From: a virus
Strand: one strand, 5' to 3'
Virus record (IMG/VR): IMGVR_UViG_3300009111_000006
DNA: 57,871 nucleotides
Part shown: positions 52,079 to 57,871 of the stretch, in pieces
Position numbering within the stretch: the first letter of the stretch is position 1
Layout: every line of letters begins with the position of its first letter
Position numbers and translations under genes: made by a program
The notes under the pieces: model-generated
Seen by the model: only the letters and a program-made list of their open reading frames with translations
Database searches by the model: none
Told to the model about the DNA's origin: nothing

Positions 52079-53596
52079 ATGGGTTCCGCATATCTTGACC
52101 CGACGACCGATCCCAATAATGTCGTAAAGGCATTTATGGATTTGCTCGTCCAGAATGTTCAAAAGTCCACCGGTAATCCGGTTGGGCCTTACGTCCATGG
52201 GCCTGGCGGCTTGTTCGGCGTGCGTGGTCTCAAACGTGAGATTATCTCCACTCACACGCAGTTTACTGGCACGCTCGGGGAAAGCATTCCCATGGGTGCG
52301 ACCGGCGCTGGCCGTGATGGACAGACCAACGAAATTATGCCGTTGTTCCCGTACATTACGGGCTTCCTGCGTTCCGATCAGCAGGAAAAGAACGGCGTCT
52401 GCGATACTCCCGTTGAAGCTGCGCCGTTCAAGACCTGTATCCAGACCACTGTGTTTGGGCGCAAGGAATTCAAGACCCGCGAACTGGAAGTCAACCACGT
52501 TGGACAGGTGATCAACCGTGGCGAGTTCATGGACTTGCAGATCGTCAACGGCCCATTGGTTGAACAGATGGGCGGGCTGATGAGTGGGTTCTTTGGGCTG
52601 CAAAATCAGCAGGGTATCCTGGCTGGTCGCGAGATGCTGATGCGCTTCGTGGAAATTGGCGTGGCGTTCCAGCGATGGTTCTGCCCGACTGTTTACACCG
52701 GAAATCCGGCGAACAACAGTGCTGGCGGCGGCTACAAGGAATTCCCCGGCCTGGACTTGCTGATCAGCAAGACGAAGGTGGATGCCCTGACTGGTCAGGC
52801 GTGCCCATCGCTGTACAGCGACATCAAGGACTTTGGCTATCGCCAGGTTTCCAGCACAACTGACCCGGACATCGTTCGCACGATCACAACCATGATGCGG
52901 ATCCTGATCCGTAAGGCCGAACAGCAAGGCCTCGCCCCGGTCGATATTCGCATTGTAATGCGCGAACCCTTGTTCTATGAGTTGACCCGCGTGTGGCCGT
53001 GCCAGTACAATACCGATGGCTGCGCCGTTGGGCAGTCGCTGACGCAGGAAGTCAACATGAACGATGCCGTGCTTTTCCGTGACCGGATGCGCAATGGCAA
53101 GTACCTGCTTATCGACGGTCGCCAGGTGCCTGTGATCCTGGATGACTGCATCGACGAAGACAACCACAACGACAACGGTGCCATTCCGATCGGCGGATTC
53201 GCCAGCGACATCTACTTCGTGCCGTTCACGGCGCGTGGTGGCACCCTGCGCACCCTGTATTGGGAATACTACGACTACGGCAAAGATGTCCTACCTGCCA
53301 TTCGTGACGGTCGCTTCGGGCAGTTCTTCTGGTCTGACAACGGCGTGTTCCTGTGGGGCATCAAGCCGCCGACCAACTGGTGTATTGATGCGATCGCGAA
53401 GGTCGAGCCGCGCATCATTCTGCGCACCCCGCAGTTGGCTGGTCGTTTGACCAATGTGGTCTATGTGCCGCTTCAGCACACTGATGACCCGCTGCCCAGC
53501 CAGCCGTACTTCGTCAATGGTGGTGTTGTTTCTGGTCGCCCGGCACCCAGCCCATTTAGTGAATGGAATCTGTCTGGACCTGGTTTCAATAACTAA
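52079..53596 (+). CDS. Major capsid protein
   Basis: AGGAGGTGA RBS. 505 aa directly after the protease/scaffold gene, followed by a strong terminator. Confidence 0.7.
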   Translation: MGSAYLDPTTDPNNVVKAFMDLLVQNVQKSTGNPVGPYVHGPGGLFGVRGLKREIISTHTQFTGTLGESIPMGATGAGRDGQTNEIMPLFPYITGFLRSDQQEKNGVCDTPVEAAPFKTCIQTTVFGRKEFKTRELEVNHVGQVINRGEFMDLQIVNGPLVEQMGGLMSGFFGLQNQQGILAGREMLMRFVEIGVAFQRWFCPTVYTGNPANNSAGGGYKEFPGLDLLISKTKVDALTGQACPSLYSDIKDFGYRQVSSTTDPDIVRTITTMMRILIRKAEQQGLAPVDIRIVMREPLFYELTRVWPCQYNTDGCAVGQSLTQEVNMNDAVLFRDRMRNGKYLLIDGRQVPVILDDCIDEDNHNDNGAIPIGGFASDIYFVPFTARGGTLRTLYWEYYDYGKDVLPAIRDGRFGQFFWSDNGVFLWGIKPPTNWCIDAIAKVEPRIILRTPQLAGRLTNVVYVPLQHTDDPLPSQPYFVNGGVVSGRPAPSPFSEWNLSGPGFNN

Positions 53597-53617
53597 CCAA
53601 TCCTATCCGAACAAGGT

Positions 53618-53650
53618 GGGAGTGCGAGAAATCGCACTCCCATTTCTCTT
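53618..53650 (+). terminator. Intrinsic terminator after the capsid gene
   Basis: GGGAGTGCGA-gaaa-TCGCACTCCC-ATTTCTCTT. Confidence 0.75.
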
Positions 53651-53660
53651 GACTTTGGGT

Positions 53661-53750
53661 ATATAATGGATTTCAGAAGAGATAGTGCGTTCTGGCCGGA
53701 CGCATGATAAGCCGCAGCTTCCCCGGTTTCCCTTCTGAAATCCATTATGT
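53661..53750 (+). ncRNA. Long-stem structured element (16 to 19 bp closing helix around a 52-nt core)
   Basis: TAATGGATTTCAGAAG (53664..53679) is perfectly complementary to CTTCTGAAATCCATTA (53732..53747). There is an inner TGCGT/ACGCA stem. Confidence 0.5.
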
Positions 53751-53786
53751 ATCCAAGGGAAGAAATTGAATAAACAGGAGGAAGCA

Positions 53787-54734
53787 ATGCTTGAAGGTAA
53801 GATTCTCATTACGGGTGGTGCAGGCACGCTTGGACGCGCAATTATCAAGCGCTCCACTGAAGATAAATGGCCCTGCCAAATTACAATCTTTTCGACCGAT
53901 GCAATCAAGCACGCTTTTGTGCGCGAGCAGTATCCGCATGTTCAATCGGTCATTGGCGACATCCGCTCTTATGATGCCGTCTACAATGCCATGGCGGGCA
54001 AGGACATCGTCATTCATGGCGCAGCGGTAAAACATATCCCGGTCAGTGAGTACAATTCAATCGATACCTACGAAATCAACGTGGAAGGTTCGCGCAATGT
54101 TTGTATGGCGGCGATCCAGCATCACACTCCCCACGTTCTGGGTATCTCGACTGATAAAGCCTGTCATCCCGCAAATGCCTATGGCGCGACCAAGATGCTG
54201 ATGGAGAAGATTTTCCAGGAATATGCACGCCTGGGTTTCTCTACTCAGTTCCATCTGGTTCGTTATGGCAACGTGCTGGAGAGCACCGGCTCTGTTATTC
54301 AAGTTTGGAAGAAAGCCATCGAGGATCACCAACCGATCAAAATGACCGACCCAGAAATGACTCGTTTCTGGCTTTCTCCAGACCAGGCGGTTACGCTGGT
54401 GCTGAAATCACTTGAATTGCAGAGTGGGCATATCTATGTCGCGAAAATGCCAGCTCTGAGTATAAGAAGACTGGCAGAGTATGGACTTGGGCTTGAAACG
54501 TTGGAGGAGATGTCGGTTGAAATTATTCCGCTTCGACCTGGAGAAAAAACGCACGAGGAACTCTTGACCGTTGAAGAGTGTCCATACGCCACTGAGTACA
54601 GAGATCATTATGACTTACGACCAAGCACAGATGTTCGTTACTTGCCCCACTGCGCTGCACATAAATACTCCAGCGATGAACCTGACCGAGAGCTAAGAAT
54701 GAAAGAATTACAGGAGATGCTTGACAATGGCTAA
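53787..54734 (+). CDS. PseB/CapD-type nucleotide-sugar 4,6-dehydratase
   Basis: ILITGGAGTLG, HGAAVKHIPVSEYN, ISTDKACHPANAYGATKMLMEK, VRYGNVLESTGSVI, MTRFWL. Confidence 0.85.
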   Translation: MLEGKILITGGAGTLGRAIIKRSTEDKWPCQITIFSTDAIKHAFVREQYPHVQSVIGDIRSYDAVYNAMAGKDIVIHGAAVKHIPVSEYNSIDTYEINVEGSRNVCMAAIQHHTPHVLGISTDKACHPANAYGATKMLMEKIFQEYARLGFSTQFHLVRYGNVLESTGSVIQVWKKAIEDHQPIKMTDPEMTRFWLSPDQAVTLVLKSLELQSGHIYVAKMPALSIRRLAEYGLGLETLEEMSVEIIPLRPGEKTHEELLTVEECPYATEYRDHYDLRPSTDVRYLPHCAAHKYSSDEPDRELRMKELQEMLDNG

Positions 54735-54999
54735 ACTATCTGGAACGGCAACGATCAGTGTCAATATATCCTTAGTCTTGCCAGAAGGCGAAGCGAGAGC
54801 GCTTTTAGCCATTGCAACATACGATTCGCAAGAATTCTTGCGCATCTATAAAGAGAAAATGGGAAGTAGACTCGATGGAAGAGAAAAAGACCTTTCATCA
54901 TTATTTGCGAGTATTCGTCTTCTACTTCCTCCAGTTATAAAAAATATCGACGACGCAAGGAGTTCTTTTTCTGGCGAAACGGATAACTGCAATGGATAA
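54727..54999 (+). CDS. Hypothetical protein (90 aa) within the sugar operon
   Basis: ATG overlaps the upstream stop (ATGGCTAA). Confidence 0.45.
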   Translation: MAKLSGTATISVNISLVLPEGEARALLAIATYDSQEFLRIYKEKMGSRLDGREKDLSSLFASIRLLLPPVIKNIDDARSSFSGETDNCNG

Positions 55000-55004
55000 C
55001 TGCA

Positions 55005-55685
55005 ATGGATAACCTGCCTCGTCTCGCGATTGCGATGGTGACATATAGGCGAACCGAAGAAGCACTGCGAACCATCCGAGGCGTATCGGAAAACCTTGTA
55101 TACCCAAAAGAATTGATTGGCTGGTTCGTTGGCGATGATGGCTCTGACAAGGCTCACTCCAATGCCTTGATACAAGAGATTGTGCGCGCGAGCGATGGCA
55201 GGCTGGTCGATTATCACAATGAGCGCTTTACTCCCATGACTGGTAAGGGCTGGAATCGCGTACTCGGGATGGGATACCAATATTCCGATTTTGTCCTGTG
55301 GCTGGAAGATGACTGGGAACTCACAAAGCCATTTTTTATCGAACCATACATTCGTATGCTGATGGATCGCGAAGATGTTGGGCTGGTTCGTCTTGGGCAC
55401 CTGGCAGTTGGTTCTGATGTTCACATTGTCGGTCACAGTGGCGTGCATTACCTGAAATACCAGAAAACAACTCAGTATGCTTACAGCGGCAATCCACAAA
55501 TCCGCCATGCCCGCTACGTGAAATATTACGGCTGGTATGCGGAAAACAAAAATCCAGGCGAAATAGAGCTGGATTACGATGCACGCTTTCGCGCCAGCCC
55601 TGACGGCCCGGAAATATGGCGACCGGCTGACATTCCCGGCTGGGGTGTGTTTGGGCACATTGGAACGGAGAAATCGTATGAATGA
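55005..55685 (+). CDS. GT-A fold glycosyltransferase (GT2-like)
   Basis: LAIAMVTYRRTEEAL...GDDGSD...WLEDDWEL. Confidence 0.65.
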   Translation: MDNLPRLAIAMVTYRRTEEALRTIRGVSENLVYPKELIGWFVGDDGSDKAHSNALIQEIVRASDGRLVDYHNERFTPMTGKGWNRVLGMGYQYSDFVLWLEDDWELTKPFFIEPYIRMLMDREDVGLVRLGHLAVGSDVHIVGHSGVHYLKYQKTTQYAYSGNPQIRHARYVKYYGWYAENKNPGEIELDYDARFRASPDGPEIWRPADIPGWGVFGHIGTEKSYE

Positions 55686-56262
55686 CACCTACGATGGAAT
55701 TTCGGCAGAACAATGGCAAAAAGAACTTAGCGGGCAGAGCGATTGGAACGCACGTCACTTGATGATTGCATTCGCTACGCTTGGACTTCCAAAAACTTTT
55801 CTCGATGTTGGTTGTGGCGATGGAACAATGGTCAACGTAGCCCGACACCTGGGTGTGCTCTCATATGGAGTAGACCAGCTTATCGATGACCAGTGGGACA
55901 AAACGGCTTTCTCGCACCACAACCTCGTTGACCGGTATGTTCACCCATACCAATGCGAACTTGTCCTGTGCCTGGAAGTTGCAGAACATCTTCATCCATC
56001 GGCTCACGCAACCCTTTGCGACACACTTGTCGGGAACTTGAAAGAAGGTCGTGGAAACTACCTTATCTTCTCTGCGGCGCTCCCCAACCAGGGCGGAATC
56101 GGACACGTAGCAGAGAGACCCCCGAAATACTGGATGGATCAGTTTGCGCTGCGAGGATTGAATTTCAGGCGTGACCTGACGATCAATCTTTCGTTACACT
56201 GGTCTAACATTGGCTCTCCGCTTACCTGGTTGGCGGCGAATGTTCAGGTCTGGGAGAAATAA
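55678..56262 (+). CDS. Class I SAM-dependent methyltransferase
   Basis: FLDVGCGDGTMV (motif I), LCLEVAEHL. Its start overlaps the upstream stop. Confidence 0.75.
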   Translation: MNDTYDGISAEQWQKELSGQSDWNARHLMIAFATLGLPKTFLDVGCGDGTMVNVARHLGVLSYGVDQLIDDQWDKTAFSHHNLVDRYVHPYQCELVLCLEVAEHLHPSAHATLCDTLVGNLKEGRGNYLIFSAALPNQGGIGHVAERPPKYWMDQFALRGLNFRRDLTINLSLHWSNIGSPLTWLAANVQVWEK

Positions 56263-56263
56263 C

Positions 56264-57247
56264 ATGATCATAACCAGGACACCTTTGAGAATATCCCTTG
56301 TAGGCGGCGGAACAGATTTTCCTGAGTTTTACAACCGTCATGGCGGCGCAGTTATCTCATTCGCGATCAGTAAGTATGTCTACATTTCGGTAAACGAAAA
56401 GTACGATGGAAAGACGCGAGTATCTTATTCGCATACCGAGACTGTGGAAGATGTGAGGCAGCTTGAACACAGTATCGCCAGGGAAACACTCGCTTTCTTT
56501 GAAGAAAAAGGGCTTGAAATCACATCGGTTGCCGATGTTCCCGGTACCGGCACCGGGCTGGGTTCATCAAGCGCGTATACGGTTGGTCTCATCAAAGCCC
56601 TTTCCGCCCGGAACGGTGAACGCTTTCCGCCAAAGATGTTGGCAGAAACGGCCTATACCGTAGAAGCAAAATTGTGTGGCCATGCGGTTGGAAAGCAAGA
56701 TCAATATGCAGCGGCTTATGGAGGAGTTCACTTCTTTGAATTCAAAAAGGACTACACCAGCGTAGAGCCTATCCCCATGAGCGATGGAAAAATCAAGTAC
56801 ATCGAAGATCGTATGCTCCTGTTCCATGTTGATCTTATTAGAAACGCTGACACCATTCTTTCAATGCAACAGGAACGTCTCGTCAGCGATTGCGATACTA
56901 TCAATGCTGCGAAGAAAATGACAACCATTGCCTATGAGTTGCGCGAAATGCTGCGTGACTATGGCGCAGATGTGTCATTCATAGGCGATGTTCTTCACAG
57001 GAACTGGGTTCAGAAAAAGAAACTCAGCAACGGCATATCGCATAAATACATCGATGATTTGTACATCGCAGGCCGGAATGCAGGCGCAGACGGCGGAAAA
57101 CTTTGCGGTGCCGGTGGTGGTGGCTTCATGCTCTTTTTTGCAGAACCGGACAAGCATGAAGCAATCCGCAGAGCAGTTGGATTGCGCCAGATGACTTTCA
57201 AGATTGAAAAAGAAGGGTGCAAGGTGATCTATGACTCAAAAGCCTAA
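56264..57247 (+). CDS. hddA: GHMP-family sugar kinase, HddA-like (heptose-7-phosphate kinase type)
   Basis: MIITRTPLRISLVGGGTDFPEFY, PGTGTGLGSSSA, KLCGAGGGGF. Confidence 0.75.
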   Translation: MIITRTPLRISLVGGGTDFPEFYNRHGGAVISFAISKYVYISVNEKYDGKTRVSYSHTETVEDVRQLEHSIARETLAFFEEKGLEITSVADVPGTGTGLGSSSAYTVGLIKALSARNGERFPPKMLAETAYTVEAKLCGHAVGKQDQYAAAYGGVHFFEFKKDYTSVEPIPMSDGKIKYIEDRMLLFHVDLIRNADTILSMQQERLVSDCDTINAAKKMTTIAYELREMLRDYGADVSFIGDVLHRNWVQKKKLSNGISHKYIDDLYIAGRNAGADGGKLCGAGGGGFMLFFAEPDKHEAIRRAVGLRQMTFKIEKEGCKVIYDSKA

Positions 57248-57662
57248 AATGCTTTTCTTGGACGATAGAACAAAGAGAATTCACTCAGCAATTAGAAAGT
57301 ATGGAAAAGAATACGATCTGACCATCGTTACAAATGTCAGGGAATTCTTGAGATACGTTGACAGGGAAAAGTATGACATTATCAGCATGGATCATGACTT
57401 GTGCGGGCTTGATTACATGAGCATAAACGATCCGCAATCTGGCATGGAAGCAATTAGATATATACTTGATACACATTCATCTACCATCATTGGAGGTTAT
57501 ATAAAACATGATTGCTTAGTCATAATTCATTCTTCTAACAATATGGCATCGGATGCTATGGTATCGGCATTACAGAGTGCTGGCTTGAACGTAAGGCGAC
57601 AAAGATTTGAGTATGACGGCCCAGAAAACAGCAATTTCTTGAGCAACGGAGTTTCAGAATGA
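57231..57662 (+). CDS. Receiver (CheY-fold)-like protein, resembling phage CPR-type receiver domains
   Basis: MLFLDD, DIISMDHDL and IIHSSN sit at the expected beta1/beta3/beta4 ends. AAGGTGA RBS. Confidence 0.55.
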   Translation: MTQKPKMLFLDDRTKRIHSAIRKYGKEYDLTIVTNVREFLRYVDREKYDIISMDHDLCGLDYMSINDPQSGMEAIRYILDTHSSTIIGGYIKHDCLVIIHSSNNMASDAMVSALQSAGLNVRRQRFEYDGPENSNFLSNGVSE

Positions 57663-57871
57663 GAACCGGACTTATTGCAGGCTCATTTGACATCATTCAC
57701 CCTGGCTACATCCGCTTATTTCAGGATGCAAAGCGCCATTGCGACTTCCTTATCGTCGCGTTGCACGTCGATCCAAGCGTAGAGCGAACAGGAAAAGAGA
57801 AACCTATTTTTTCTGTGGATGAGAGAAAGGAAATTCTTTCAGCGATCAAGTATATCGACCAGGTCGTGACC
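57659..57871 (+). CDS. Cytidylyltransferase-fold nucleotidyltransferase, N-terminal part (continues at 124..315 after the repeat)
   Basis: ATGA overlap with the upstream gene. MRTGLIAGSFDIIHPGYIRLF. Confidence 0.75.
   Translation, partial: MRTGLIAGSFDIIHPGYIRLFQDAKRHCDFLIVALHVDPSVERTGKEKPIFSVDERKEILSAIKYIDQVVT
57749..57871. repeat. Terminal direct repeat, copy 2
   Basis: Identical to 1..123. Confidence 0.95.

Noticed and set aside
51857-53167. 436-aa ORF on the - strand
   Set aside because: It lies fully antisense to the major capsid gene, which has an AGGAGG RBS and operon context. Its composition is Arg/Ala/Gly-rich, typical of a shadow ORF.
53649-53667. TTGACT and TATAAT hexamers after the capsid terminator, considered as a sigma-70 promoter
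   Set aside because: Only about 7 nt separate the two hexamers, which is incompatible with a 16-18 nt spacer.
53661-53750. Assignment to a specific riboswitch class (c-di-GMP, ZTP, preQ1, fluoride and others)
   Set aside because: None of the conserved core sequences I remember for those classes is present. It is kept only as an unclassified structured element.
54846-55688. 280-aa ORF on the - strand
   Set aside because: It is antisense to the GT-A gene within a tightly coupled + strand operon.
1-57871. Searched for tRNA or tmRNA genes, CRISPR arrays, integrase/att sites, DNA polymerase and endolysin
   Set aside because: The intergenic gaps contain no cloverleaf-like sequences and there are no regularly spaced repeat-spacer arrays. 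No ORF has tyrosine- or serine-recombinase, polymerase or lysozyme/amidase motifs that I could recognise by eye. An HMM search is needed to confirm these absences.

Overview
The window is a complete, circularly closed genome of a tailed dsDNA phage, about 57.75 kb, with siphovirus-like tail genes. Bases 1-123 repeat exactly at 57749-57871, and one ORF reads across that junction. The late arm is on the + strand. It runs from about 42.67 kb across the junction to 18.5 kb and holds, in order: DUF3850/ASCH-like protein, GmhA-like isomerase, putative small terminase, intein-bearing large terminase, portal, prohead protease/scaffold, major capsid protein, an 11-gene sugar biosynthesis and glycosyltransferase block, head-tail and tail tube genes, chaperones, tape measure, baseplate and fibres. 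The early arm is on the - strand from 18.5 to 42.2 kb. It holds a DnaB helicase, a lambda-O-like initiator with internal iterons, a truncated beta-clamp homologue, RNase H, a DenV-like glycosylase, a DUF1064 nuclease, HNH and GIY-YIG nucleases, two DNA methyltransferases, a stand-alone GGDEF-family cyclase and many small ORFs. Two small + strand islands interrupt it. I found no tRNA, rRNA, CRISPR array, integrase, DNA polymerase or recognisable endolysin. The points most worth follow-up are: (1) a phage-encoded heptose-type nucleotide-sugar pathway with four glycosyltransferase domains inside the virion operon; (2) a minimal GGDEF-like enzyme with an SGDEL motif; (3) a dense array of at least 15 TGTTGGC/GCCAACA boxes laid over coding sequence; (4) a palindromic RTGAC-N4-GTCAY box at nearly every operon start; (5) repeated hairpin-plus-box intergenic cassettes; (6) three apparently leaderless genes. 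All functional calls come from motif recognition by eye and from gene order; no database search was run.
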